A DNA stretch of 64,000 nucleotides, from positions 992,001 to 1,056,000 of the forward strand of contig CP075496.1 in NCBI GenBank assembly GCA_021613535.1, in the 5' to 3' direction. How positions within the stretch are numbered: the stretch's first letter is position 1; every line of letters begins with the position of its first letter. Position numbers and translations under genes: made by a program. This DNA is from Adineta vaga. Its lineage: Eukaryota; Animalia; Rotifera. This document shows positions 14,011 to 28,200 of the stretch, in pieces. The notes beneath the pieces are model-generated. The model was not told the DNA's origin. It saw only the letters and a program-made list of their open reading frames with translations, and made no database searches.

Positions 14011-15699
14011 GAAAGAAAGCATTTGCAAAATACTTTTAGAAATGGGTTGTGGTTGTAGTGTGGACTCGAGGGACATGGTTTTTTAGTGCTCTTTTCTTTA
14101 TAATTTTTTCAGAGTAAACTGATGTGGTGAGAAATGAATACACAGTGGGGTTCGAAGTCGTATTTATCGTACAAGAACGTGTTTTGTTTCAAGCTCTTGA
14201 TTTCCGACCGTGAGAGATGTGTTTAACATCTAAGTTGTTGATTTATGTGTGTGCGAGTTAGCGAAATCCCGTGTTTGAAATGCACGAGAATTTATCAATT
14301 GATGTTTCATGGGTATCATATGATATTTTGTGAAACTGTCTACCTATGATATAATGTGTTCTGAAAAATTTTCAAGAGTGGAAAGGTTATGAAGAAGAAG
14401 GACGACCGTTGATGCATCTTATGAGCCTTTTAATGATTCCGCTGCACTTATTCCCATCGCTGTTCTATTAGGAACGACTGGAAAATTATTTCTTAAACAT
14501 TCTGTTGTGCATGAAAACGCAGCAAAATATTCTTTCGAACTTTATTTTGAATATTTCTCATAATAGAAAGTTTAGTTTAAAGTCTGAGTGTCTCACAAAT
14601 CGTTACTATATTTGTAACGTTAGAGAGTTGGGTTGAGGTCAAGATAAGGTGGATGACGAGTTTGACAACTTTATTTAGTTGCTTCTTTGATTTGACGTTT
14701 GATGTCTAATGATAGAAAGATGTTTTGTATTCGTACATCTTTCAAGATAAAAAAGAAAGTCTTAGAGAAAAGAGTGTATCTCAGTCTCAACTAACTAATG
14801 TGTAGAGACACAATTTAGGATATAAATCGCATCTGGATGCAACTTCCGATATATTCGAGCTTCAATGAAAGACGGCAAAATGCATTTGTAAACACAAAGA
14901 GTGTTTCATATTTACATAATGACCCGTACTTATTAGTCCCTTCCTATTCATTATCATTCTGAGAATTACAAGAGTATGATTAATTCGCGAGTGGTAAAGT
15001 CGTTCTGTCTTAAGTTTACACATATTTCTTTTTGAATATATTCATCATCGGTGTCGATGAAACCGACTATACTAGATCTATCGAAGTTTTTCATGCTGTG
15101 CATTCAAATAATTACACATGATAATGAACATTTAGTTGTTGAATGTACATCCAAAATAGTTTCTTTATCTAATATGACGATTTTGTTTATTTGAGAAATC
15201 AATGTGAACTGCCTTTCTGAATTCATCGATTGTGATGAACATTCTTCTAAAATATACCATCGACGCATGTATCATGACATTTGTTTCATTGAACCAATGG
15301 CATATTGATCACTGACTTTTAGACTATGAATATATTGATGAAGTATATAAGTGTCACATTTACACTAAATGGAAATTTTCTTTCATATAATATTGTTATT
15401 TTAACAAAGATAGGATTATATCTGACATGAATTATCAAATAATATCTAACATTAGTCGAAAAGAGATAACAAAATTAATGATAAACTTTGTTTGGTTTGA
15501 TTTAATCAATTTGGATTGCAATGCTCTAAATATATTTGCAAAAAATATCGAATTCGTATAATAGTTACCTATAACCTTTGAACAATTTCACAGCATCCAA
15601 ACAATGAGAATTCAAACGAGTGTTGCATCATAACCAAGATAAAAATAAAGACATTATCAAACGTCATTCGAAAGATGAGCTTGTAAATTTAAAAATAAT

Positions 15700-18600
15700 C
15701 GATTGTAAACGGATATTATACATTGTCATAATTAGGTAAACAACTATTGAATCCATACAAAAAATTCAATAAACTCCTTTTCTTTATTTTTTAATACTTG
15801 ATGTTTCCAGATAAAAGCTTTCTCTTCTATCAGAAAACATATACATTTTGACCAAAATTATAGAGTATATGATTGTTCGTTCTTTTTTCAATGTTTTAAA
15901 TTCTAATTAAAACAAATAATAATGTTGATGTCTTGCGTAGCAGAAGTTTTTCTTTTCTACTTTCATGGCAAAAGAGATAAAAACTTCCATATTTAGACTT
16001 ACGAAATGAGAACAAAATTAAAAATGAACATTTCGTAAATCTCATCTATATTTCTACTAATTTTGTTTCTGATTTATAGACAAGCTGTAATTTATTAGAG
16101 CAACTCTATTTTCATTTAATTATCATAAGTGTTCTAATCTTTTTTGATCATTGTCTTTGAAGGTAATATTTGTTTAAAGCATCATGTGATATATCCTTCT
16201 CATTATCGTCTTTCGATAGATCCCTATTATTCTATTCTTCTATAGAATAATGTTGTCTATTCATTTATGTAAATCTAGGTTTATAATAGAAGACCTTCTG
16301 GAATACTCGACTGTTTTTTTTCGAAACCTATTTAATTCTCATTTGATCGTATCTTACGTTAATATTACGAGAAACTATGTTTTATTTCAGATTCTCTCAA
16401 CATTAAAAATCTATTGTGGAACACTTTCATATTATTTTCCTTCGACACAACTTGAGATCAATTGCCTCTATACTTTCCGAAATATACACAATACATTATG
16501 ACTTTCTCATATAGCTCAATGGAATATTTACTCGTTGATAATTCAATATATTGTAATCAATTGATTTGTTTATTATCGTGTGTTCCATAATTTCGTTAAT
16601 TATCAGCAAATTTATTACGTCAATATGGTCCTACACAACCAAATTTATATGACATGATGTTGATTAATTTGACATATGCATCTTTTAAATTCAAATCCGA
16701 AGCAATTGATATTTTTGAACAATTTTTTATCAATCATTTTCCTTCTATGGAAATTTTATTCATCACATCATAGATATTAGATGTATAAAAGCCTACTCTG
16801 AAAATAAAAAAGGAGTTTTCCAGAACCTTTTTGGGGGTTCTGCCCGCGTTGGTCAAATTCAGAACCCACAAAAAGGTTCTGGCTCATAGAGGGTTCTATT
16901 AAAACCTAACAGAACTCTTCATTATTCTATACAAAAATAAGTTTCAGTCTGACATAAAAGGTGTGTTAAATGGTTTTTCAGAAAATTATTTTCTCTTTAT
17001 ATCTAGGTTGATTTGTACACATATTCCAGTGTTGCAAGTGCGTCTGTTTATGTTAAGCTCTCAAATAGACCAAAAAGGGAATTAAGCTACATTCGAATCA
17101 CGCTTTTTCCTTGCTGCCGATTGGCTCAATTCAGCCCTAACCTAATTCACTTTCTCAGTCTGTTTTTGACCTTGTAATATAAACAGACGCACTTGCAGTA
17201 CTTGAATACGTTTACAAATCAACCTAGATATAAAAAGAAAATCATTCTACTTATTTTGTTTCTAATATCCCACTTACCATTTCTCTGCAATATAGATCGG
17301 TCTAAACATAGAAGAAGAAAATATTTAGTTTTCTATATAAAATATAACTCACATTTCGTTAGACTTTCGATCTGAATCTAAATGACAATAGAAAATATTT
17401 AATCTAAAATTCAAAATATCACTCAACTTTAATCAGATATGGCTATGAACCGAAATGATAACAATAAATATTTAACATATTGTTTTGAAAATAACTCATT
17501 TTTACCCACATAACTATACAAACCTAAATGATAATAGAGAATGCTTCATTTCGTATTTGAAATATTACTTACTCTCAATCAGATATCGATATGTACCTAT
17601 ACAACAATAAGAAATATTTCATATGATATTGAGTTTCGAAAGCTGTCCGAATAGAAAGAGGGATTGAACAAGTCGTATTGAATATATATCTTGATAGCTT
17701 CTGAAAAACTTGAAATCTGTGGATGAAATTCGATGTAGATTCCGATAAAATTCTAAGAATCTGAGTACTGCTTAAACCAAAAACAAAAGTTGGGTGTAGC
17801 AATTAAAAGAATTTTTTTTCGCAAACTTCAATCACAAAATGTTTTTGGTAAAAAGTCACCATTTGGGTCACTTGCCATCTTTCATAGGTTTCATGCGGGA
17901 CCCATGCTTTGAAGTTAAGTTTTCGAGTATTATAAAATCCTCAGCCCGTCCCGGTCTGCTAGACTCATTATATAAAGATATCTTCTATGCTCAAGGGTAT
18001 ACAAATACCCCTACATACTATCAGTTGATGACTGCGTGATATCTATACATAATCGAATAGAGAAACCGCTGAAAAAGATCATTTTATTTGTACAGAATAT
18101 TTTTATAAGACTGAGCTCGGTGAAATGATAAACATTTGAATAGTTCTTTAGTTCATTTCATCAGAGTTCATGGATTTGAGCTGATCAACTCCTACCCTCT
18201 ATTGTTAACATAACATATAAGTTAGTTTGAGCTATATTAGAATCGCTCTCTGTTAACTTGTAACTGGCCTGAACATGATTTTGTTACATGTAAGTAATAA
18301 GAGAAAAACCTCCCTCAGATGTGGATGACTGAAAAATTACTTGGAATAATCATATACTGATAGTGGACTCCCACCATCGTCGATGCAAAACATTAAGTTG
18401 TTCAGTTCATACCTAAGATCGTTATTGACAACTTGAAATGGCGAAAGCATTTCCGTTTTTTGTTATGACAAAACTCACAAGAGAAAAGAAAGTTGCTAAA
18501 TTGTTGTTGACTTGCATGAACAAACGAACGTATATACATTTTTTGAGTTTGTGACTCTCTTCTTCAGTTGAGGAAACTTACGATACTCCAACATTCACTG

Positions 18601-19290
18601 AGCAGCTATATCAGGTTGCGGATTTTAGAGAAGAAACTTTACATTTAGTAACGTTGAAGGAAAAAATCTATATGATTCAATATTATCAGATCGAACCCTT
18701 TCAAACTGAGTATTTATGGGCAGAATCCTTTTGGTTCAAAATAAATAAAACAGAATTTTTTAGGGTTCGAGATTTAATAGGCGGAACCATTTCGGTTTCT
18801 TACAAGCCTGTTCATGAGCATACATGGTTTCGGATTGGTACACAGAACTTTTTAAAGTTCTACAGTTGTACTACCGAACCAACTGGATTCAGTGTCGTTT
18901 CACGAAGGAGTTTTCAAGGTTCAGTTGAAAAATAACTAAGCCTTCTGTAGTTTAAGGGATGACTGACAGAACTATTCATAGTTTAGAATTGTCGGACAAA
19001 CCCTTTGTAGTTCAGAATTGTTGCCCAGAACCTTTCTTGGTTTCTCATATGTCATACAGAACTTTTTCTGGTTCTGGAGATGTTGCAGAACCCAAAAAGG
19101 TTTTGGAACACTCCTTTTCTTCTTTCAGAGGATAGATAAAAACAATTAATATCATTATATTTATCAAATTTACGTATTTTTAAATGTTCGACTAGTACCG
19201 ATCGGTCCGCAGAAAGAGAATATCTAAATAGAGGATTTTGTTCAGTTTTCAATGCTGTATCTTTTAGTATATTAAACGAATAATTTCACA
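15700..19290 (+). pseudogene. Decayed F-box-family (bdelloid-expanded type) gene split by a transposon
   Basis: Degenerate frames on both sides of the TE, e.g. IFEQFFINHFPSMEILFITS before it and DR*KQLISLYLSNLRIFK after it; many stops; boundaries approximate. Confidence 0.35.
16794..19132. mobile_element. ~2.3 kb non-autonomous TIR DNA transposon (possibly CMC/EnSpm-like)
   Basis: ~48 bp TIRs: ctctgaaaataaaaaaggagttttccagaacctttttgggggttctgc versus the reverse complement of gcagaacccaaaaaggttttggaacactccttttcttctttcagag. Subterminal agaacc/ggttct motifs; no intact transposase. Confidence 0.8.
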
Positions 19291-19299
19291 AAGCTCTTA

Positions 19300-19536
19300 C
19301 CCAGGTCGGCAGATCCGATATTACCTTATAGGATCCAACGTTCCGACAAAATCCTATTGGATTCCGTCAGTAGAATTTTCGTCGGAAGCTGCAAATTTTA
19401 TGAGCGTTCTTTTTAGCTATATTTTATTGTGTGGTCTTATGGCCACCTGTCGGATCCGTCGAAATCCGTTTTTTGGAAACTATAGTATGCTATGTTGCAT
19501 CCGATCGGATTCGAGTATCCGATTGGTCGACCTGGG
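19300..19536. mobile_element. PIF/Harbinger (Tourist-like) MITE
   Basis: TIR CCCAGGTCG...CGACCTGGG with a 3-bp TTA TSD at both ends (19297-19299, 19537-19539). Confidence 0.8.
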
Positions 19537-20649
19537 TTAGAGTCTAAATAAATCTCGATTTCTGGGCATAGTTTTTGACAAATCTCAAAATAGTTTCGGG
19601 AGTGGTTGTCAATAAAATGGATGTATTCTTTGTTCGTTCAACCAGATGCGCTAAAATTTGGATCCCGAGATTTTCAATGATGCTGAACAAAATCAAAACA
19701 TGAAATAAAGAAAAGAAATTTTGACGAGTGTTTCTTCTCTTTAAGAGAGTTTTTGAAAGAATATAGATGCGTTAATCATCATTATAGTTCTTTCAGAGAG
19801 GGGTCAGCGAATCCTACGGATGAGCGTTACTTGTAATACATTATTCGTGTAATGTCTTCTATATCAAAACACATGTCGAATGTAAAAAAGAAAAATCAAA
19901 TATTTTATGAAGCAATTTATTTAGTAAAGTTGTTAGAGCAGGGTCTGGTGATGTGGATGAACTTCGTCCTTTCGTTCATTATATATATCTGACTAAATGA
20001 GATGCGTACATATGTATATATAAAAGATGAACAGAAAGAGATGAGAAAGATAAGTATCGGATATGATGGACGATGTCACCCTTACAAATGTCAGACTCGA
20101 AAGCTGAATTCAACTATTCAGCTATTCAACTATTCCAATATCGTGTAACGAGCATTTTTTTAAATCTTTTTGAAATTATTGGTTCTCATTGTTGTTTTGT
20201 TAAAGTATGCACGACGTGCTTCATATCGAAAATACCATTGTTTGATAGCTGGGCCAAAATCGTTTTTTATATGTTGATATTCACGAACAAAATGAGCCTT
20301 TGGTACACTTTTATCCGGAAGGTGACTCAGCATTGCATGTTGAAATGTATGTCATATATTTAATTGATTCTTGTATTGTAGGATCCTGATTTAATCCACA
20401 ATGAAGGTAATGAGCCAATAGTAAGTGGAAAATATGGTGATGAACAGATTTTCATTCGAAAAAAATATAAATAGTTATGCAATTAATCCAGAATTTTTCA
20501 CCTTAGCTGATAATTTCTGTTGTATCTTTTACTGAAATATTCTCTGTATTAGATAACATTGCAATAAATCTTCTTCTGCTTTTTAATAGATAATCATTTG
20601 TACGGCATAAAACCTAATGTACGCAGATGGTGCATTGGAAAAGTGGTAG

Positions 20650-20930
20650 AGTCAATCGTTTTTTATTCTATCTCTTTTCCTAAGTGAAAAACAATTAAAA
20701 AAATTTCTGCACACATGCTAAGTTGAAATTTAGACGTCTTTTCACTATAGAATTGGGTTGAATGAATAGTTATTTTTATTTATTGTATAAAATTATTAAA
20801 AATACAGATGTTCATTTACTTTTTCTTCTAGATAATCCCCATCAGCAAGTAAATTATTATAATATTCTAACTGTCGTCTAATTCTTGGCATTGATATTAT
20901 TATCATTGCTTAAGTTATTTCGATGGATTT
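20650..20930. repeat. Diverged direct repeat, copy 2 (partner ~7900-8200)
   Basis: Same shared blocks, in the same order, as copy 1. Confidence 0.5.
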
Positions 20931-21494
20931 GTATGTACATTTTCTAATGAGTCAAGCCTGCAACAATAGTCGTAACTGTTCTCTTTCATGAGTTAAAAGT
21001 CTACCATAGTAATGATGTCTCCGAGAGTCTTTGGGGGAGAGGTAGGACAGCTAAGTCCAGATTCGCAACACTCTTGAAGTGATGGAGTACAGTCGAAAGT
21101 GTTCAGAGAAAAGTCAATGTGTGAGAGACCAATTTGGAATATGCTTCGGGCTATGGAGCTGATGATTATTGGAAAAAAATCTTTTCAGTTGGTACCGTTG
21201 AGGTTCAACATGATTGTCTTCCATAGTGGTTTTAAGTGTTGACTCTAGTGCATCAAAAAGCATTATTAATGTTTGAATATGTTTCGGAATCTATCGATAA
21301 CATATCAGTATCAATAATACTCTTGATCTCATTTACACATTTATCGAAGTAAGATAGTTACTGTTTATTTGCCCGATTTTCATCAAATAATTGAATATAT
21401 TTCTGTAAAACACACAGGACATTTGTTGTTGTCTTATCCGCCATTACGCAATTATCAAGTTTTTGGAAACCTGACGATGATGCCATATCACTTG

Positions 21495-21920
21495 ATACTA
21501 TACTATCGGAATTTTTGAAGAAGGCCGGTAGAAGAAAATCGTATAACTTTAAAAGTGAAAGTGATGGAGATCTGCAGTTTTCACCATTCAACAGAAGCTA
21601 GTTGTGGTCACATACCTATGCGTGAAAATGGTTCTCCACAATATCGTAGATGATCAGGTTTTGAACGATGATTTTTTTCTTTATTTTATCAATTTTCACT
21701 GAGCTCTTTCAAATAGTATACAGCAGAAATCTCGAATTCTTTCATATAATATTCTAAAACAAATTCGTTGGGCCGCAAAAACATATTTTGACGCATAGGT
21801 GTGTGCCCCCCAACTGGCTTCTATTGAATGGTGAAAACACAGATCTTTATTGCTTTCACTTTTAAAGTTATAAGATTTTCTTCCATCGGTCTTCTTTAAA
21901 AATTCTGATAGTAGAGTGGG
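21495..21920. mobile_element. Foldback/MITE-like element with ~135 bp inverted arms
   Basis: 21495-21628 (actatactatcggaatttttgaagaaggccgg...catacctatgcgt) is the diverged reverse complement of 21785-21920. Confidence 0.7.
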
Positions 21921-22226
21921 AATCATGTAAACTTTGTATACGATAAGAATAAATAAATATATGTTATTAGCGGTATACAATAAGAGAACTCCATTGATTT
22001 ATCTTAATTACTGTTTTGTTTTATTTCTTGTGTATAGGTCACTAAAATTTTACGTCTTTTGATAGAACAGATGGACACAATCATTGTGAAAAAGAAGTGA
22101 GTGAGAAAAAAAAGAATGTCAGATAAAAAGAAAAGAAGAATATAAGTTTAAAGTAGCACCGACAACAACAAAAAAAAAGAGAAAAAAGAAAACGGAAGAA
22201 ATACTTTTTGAATAAATATGTTATTA

Positions 22227-25200
22227 TTAAACAAGTGAAAGAAAATCAAGGTGAAGTTCATGAGGAATATCTAATTGATCAAGTGAAACAGTCGATGGAA
22301 CATACGGATATACAAGTGGAAATGTATATGTCAAATCAAAATTCTCTTGTTGTTCATAGTCAATTCGTGTTCGATCAGTCGTTGAACCAAGTCGTTGTTG
22401 TTTCAAAAGATCAGACACTCGTTTTATTAATGCAGGTGATACTTGATCATCAAAATCATCCATTGATTTATATAAACTTAATAATTTTGTAACCTAAAAT
22501 AAAGTTGAGTTTGAAGTTGATTTTAGCATAGATAAAGATTTTCTTACTTGAACTATTGTTAATTTTGTACAAACATTTGAAATGCTTGCTTCATCTTTTT
22601 TACAGAGAAATAATTGAACAGCTTGTGTTAACGGAAGAAGACAATCGGAAGCACCACTGTCTTGTAAATTTTGATCACGTAACCATTCAGTTAAATGATT
22701 TAAATTATACCTGAAAAGAATAGAGCATCAATCTATATATATATATATTTATTTATAAAATAAATCATACCGAATTTGCAAAGCTTTACTCCAATTACAA
22801 CAATCACTTCGAACAAGTAAACCACGAAGAGCTTGAGCATCAATGATATAGAAAATCTAAAGATAAGAAAACAGAGAAAAATATCAGTGTATATATAAAG
22901 AGAATGAATAATTGATATACTTGTCGAAATAATTGTTGAATAATAATTGGTTCAACTGAATACATTTGACATAATTTATGATAATCATTAAGCTAAATAA
23001 AATAAATCAGAAGTTGTTGTATTTTTAGTTCAAATTTTTTCCTATACTTGTTTAAGAAGATCTTGTGCAGAAAATTTTGATCGTTTCTCATTTGCATTAT
23101 TTCCCGGCAGACTTGGATTTACAGATGCAATACCACCTGAATCAAGATCTTCATGTTCAATAATGGCAGGAACTAAAGCAAAATAAAATATTAAAGTATT
23201 AAAGTATAAATAATAAAATCTTACTAATCATTGGTAATAATTTTGCTTTAACTCGTTTTAAAATTTCATCGTATAAATGAACAACAAGATCAGCAAAAAT
23301 CGTTCGATAATCTGTTAAATCAAAATTTCTCAAAGCTTGTTCATTTTGTTTCGGAGTATTTGTTGCTTGATATTTCTATAGAAGAAATATATTTATATTA
23401 ATCAATTCTTAAAAATAATATACATACTTCTTCACCACTATATTGTTGTAATGTATGAAGAAATCGAACTGTATTTGCTGTCCATAAGATAGGATAATCA
23501 ATATCTTCATTTCTCTATTAAAATTTATCTTTATACAAATTTCAATTGGAATAAAAGAATAATTCTTACCCGTGGCACTTTTTTAATTTTTTTCGTTACA
23601 GCTGATAAAAATCCCGCTACATGTGCTTCATCATCAACGAAATCAATATAACGTATACACATAAAAAGTATATAAGCTGGAATTCCAGGAATATATTTCG
23701 CAGCTAAACGTGGTTTTAATTCTATATGAAAAAAAAATACATCGATATTTTAAAGACAGAAAAGATCAAACATACCAATAATAACTGCATCAGTAATGCG
23801 TTCTGTTTCCTGAGGATTACATTTAATCATTCCACTAAAATGTCGAATACTTTGACGACGAAGATCAACATTTCCTGGAACATTATTTGTTACTGTTGCT
23901 GTGGTTGTCAATGACATAGAATTAGAAGCATCATTATGACCATTGAATGAAGGTATTCCATTCATTGATCCATTTTGAAGAACTTGTTCCCAAGATACAT
24001 TTCCTTTTTTTTCAAATGAATAAATACACAATTCTAGATGACTGATATCTTTCAATTTTTACCTGCAGAAAAACTCTTATTAACAAGTTTAATAACGCGT
24101 CTTAATTTTCGAATTTCTGCATTATTTGATTGAATTTGTTGATGAAGTTCCTAAACCCAAACGAGAAGAAATTCTTTTCACAAATTGAGAGTAGATACAA
24201 AAAAAACAACATACGAGATTTTCATGAACAACATGAGCGATTTGTTGTTTCATTGAATCATCGATTGTATTTTCATCAATTGATTTACATAATTCAAGGT
24301 TTTCTGCTTCAACTTGTGTTAAACGTTCTTGTGTTCGTTCATATTCCCGTTGATACGACGCTCGACATTGTTCAAGTTCAAGTTCCAACATTCTAAAGGT
24401 GTTTTTTTTTCGTGTAAAATAGATTTTTAAATGAAAATCAAAGTCTCTCTACTTGTTAATTTGTTTTTGACTTTGATATGCTTGTTCAATAGCATCACTT
24501 GCAATCACATCATCGGTTTCATTCTCATGTTGCATAACACGTTCTTGTAATTTTGATTTCATTTCAATTTGTTCACGACGACGATGTTCTAATTCAGCAT
24601 TTAATGCATCGAATTGAGCTAAAAACAAAGATCGAAGATGGTGAAAAAAATAAAGTAAAAAAAATGAAAATCTACCAATTAATTGTTCTTTTGCTGCTTG
24701 TTCATCACCTTTGAGTACTTCTTCTCTTAATGCTTTCAAATCAGTTCTTAATTTATCCATTTCTAATTCATCTAAATGCCATGATGAATTTCTTTTCATT
24801 GAACTTAATTTCGATGAATTCGTTTGTCCTTTATCTAATTCTTCATTCATTGTTTTATTTTCTTGTTCAAGTTGTCGAAGACGTCGTTGAAGACGGAATA
24901 GAAGACCACCACCAATATTACCACCTGCTTCTACAAGTTCATCTAATGGCTCATTTGTATTTGTTGTTGTTAAATGACGTTGATGACTATTGATTGTCGA
25001 GGAAAGAAGTGGAGGAGGACGACGAGGAGTTAAACCATCACTAGTCAACGGTGCTTGATCCTAATACAAAAGTAAATAGATTCATTAATCACTATTATCA
25101 TCCTCATTAATCGATTAACCCACATAACGTAAATTACGACATATATGACAAAAAAACCACATCAGTTAGAACTAAAAGATCTGTTGAAGAGCGTTTTTTT

Positions 25201-28200
25201 ACATAGAAAGAAAGAGTAAATTCCCCCTAGTTTGAACGAATGGAAAGGGAATAGTTGAGTGATTTCTTTTTCTTTTTCTTCTTAATTCTTTTTTGTTTTG
25301 ATTGCCTATGAGAATATATTAATCTCTCATACAAGAAAATTAACATTTTTTAGAATAGTGACAGAAAGTATTTACCGGTAAATCATCAAGATCAAGTGTA
25401 TCCATAAATTTCGAATCCCAAGTCATATTTGAATCTGATGGTGCTGATTTAACTTTATTAATCATATTACCATTTTGTAATTCACTTTGAAGATTATCAC
25501 ATTTTTGTTCTAATCGATGCATTTCAATAACTAATCGCTGTCTTTGTTGTCTTTCTGCAGTTAATTCTTCTTCCAATTGTTTCATGCGTGTTGTTGATAA
25601 ATCTTGTGTTGATAAATCTCCACGTAGTTGTTCTTCTAATTTTTGAATATCTTTGTTTTTCTGTTCAATTTCATTTTCTAATTGCGTTATTAAATCGGTA
25701 TTTTTCAAAATAATTTCGTCTTTTGTTTGTTTAGTTTGAATTAAATCCGATCGAATCGATGAATTTTCGGTTTTTAAACGTTCATTTTCTAATCGAAGTC
25801 TAAAAAACACAACAAATTACTTATAGGAAAAGAAAAGTCAAATCTTACTGTTGAATTTCTTCTTCGAGATTCGTTTGTTTTTTCAAATTTTGTTTTAATT
25901 CTTTATTTTTCGTTTTTAATTGTTCAAAATCTTTTTTCAAATTCTCCAATTCTTGTTCTTTATTAGTTAAACGTTCATTATCACGTTTTTGTTCATCAAT
26001 TTTATGTTGTAAAGAAATAATTTTATTTTCTAAACCTTTATTCATTTGTTTTTGATGTTCAATTGAACGTTGTTCAACACGAAGTTTTTTCACTTCTTGA
26101 CAAGCTTCACGTCGACGTTGATGTGATTGTAAAAGAATAATTGCACGTTGAAATGTCACAAATCTTTGTCGAGCAATCCACATACGTATGGATGATTGAA
26201 GAACAAGAACACTTCGTTCTAACATTCTTTGTTGAAGATTTTTTCGAATTAAATAACCTCGACAATGTGATTGAATATCAATTAAAATAATTCGAAGTTT
26301 TTCAAAACGACGTGCTGCAATTTGTCGACGCCATAATGATTGAAATAATGTTACAGCACGTGTACGACGAATATCTTCGGCATGTTTTCTTGCTAAATAT
26401 CTTCGTGATAAACATTGTAATGCTAATGTTGTTCGTCGTATCTTTAAATAACGTTTACGTGCATAATAAGTTCGATAAGTTGTTTGAATTTTAATAATAC
26501 AAGCACGAAGTTTTTCCGAACGTAATTTTTCTAAATAAGCAACTTGTCCGGCACGAAAGAAGATTTTTGTATTGCCAAATTGATATTTATCAGGATCAGA
26601 AATAAGATTTTTTAGAATATTTTCACATGTTCGACGGTAATTCGTTCGATCAATCAATGCTGAACGTGTTAATAAACGATAACGAACAAAAAAATCATGA
26701 TAACTCCAACGTGATGGATAACCAGCAGCACTTATACGAACAGTTTCTAAAACACCACAAGCACGTAATTGTTGAACTGCACGACGAGGTTCAAATCTAT
26801 GAAGAAATTCAATTTTGATTAATTCAACAAAAACAAAGACAACTTACGTAAATGAAGCTTTAGCATCATTCGGTTTTATACAACGAACATAATGAGGTTC
26901 AGTCGAATTCAATGCAGTCATTAAACTTGTTAAAGATTCTCGAAACTATTGAGAGAAAAAAAATGAAATGAATCAATTGTATTAAAACAAAAAGATTTTC
27001 AGGATAAGAAGGATTTAAAGTGCTCTCAGACATAGAATGAAGGAATTCGTGTTTAGAAAAAACCAAACAAAGAGGATATACGAAAACCAACCTGTGAACC
27101 AAGTGAATATCTCTACAATGATTTTGTTTTCTTTATTAAACTTTCGAATTTATATGAATCGAAACATTCTTACTTGAGATCCCACAGTTTTCTTTCTTTG
27201 TGCTTGAGTTTTCGACGTCGCTTGTAAAGTTCCTGTTTTTTGTACTTGATAAGATTTCTTTGATGCTGCATTTTTCATCCCATCATCTTCTTCCATAAAT
27301 AATTGAACAACAAATTCGAACTAAATAAATTCTTATCGAAAAAACAAATAATTTCATTTCATTACGAAATCTTACTTCACTTTCTTTTAACATTTTTAAT
27401 TGATCTTCAAGAACGGTATCACGATTCTTTTCTAAAAATCCTTCAATAGAATATTCAACTTTTTCAGCGAAATGATTGATTATAAACGTTGTATGAGCTG
27501 TTAATTTTTTCGTAGAAAAATCCGCATGTTTCCCATGTTGAGTAACTAATTTTCTATGCCAATTTTCATCCGAACCTTTCGGCATCTATTAAAAAACTTT
27601 CTTTAGTTTGAACAAAAAAGAAAAAAGAAGATCAAGTTTCTCAAACAAACTTTGCATTCTTCATCTAATAAATCTAAGATTCCTAATTTATTTTCGATTA
27701 AATCAATACACGGTTGATTATCATAGAATTGAATAAATGACCAAGTGATTTCTTCTTTCATATATTCTTCTTGTTCAAGTTTAAACACATGCTAAAATAA
27801 AACAAAGAATATTCAAATTTTTTCGACAAAAAATTTTACCTGACAGAATTGTTGTTGTAATTTTTCATTGGCATAATTTATACAAAATTGTTCGAAACTA
27901 TTTATTTCAAATGTTTCAAAACTAAAATAAAATAAATTTCAAAAAAATAAAACAAAGTCTTTTTTTATTCAAACATTAAATTTACCCATAAATATCTAAA
28001 ACACCAATAAATGATTGTCGTTGTCCAATATATTCTAAAGATTTATTTATTTCATCAACAATCCATCCAAATAATTGCGAATAAATATGTTTTGCAAGAG
28101 CATCTCGAGCAAATAGCGCCTGAAAAAGAAACAGCTCATTTTCTTCTGAGAATATTCAAGATATTTCATTACTTGATTTAGAGTTAACGTTGTATTCACA

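Noticed and set aside
17400-18700. Transposase inside the 2.3-kb TIR element
   Set aside because: Only short broken ORFs; no recognisable DDE or other transposase motif.
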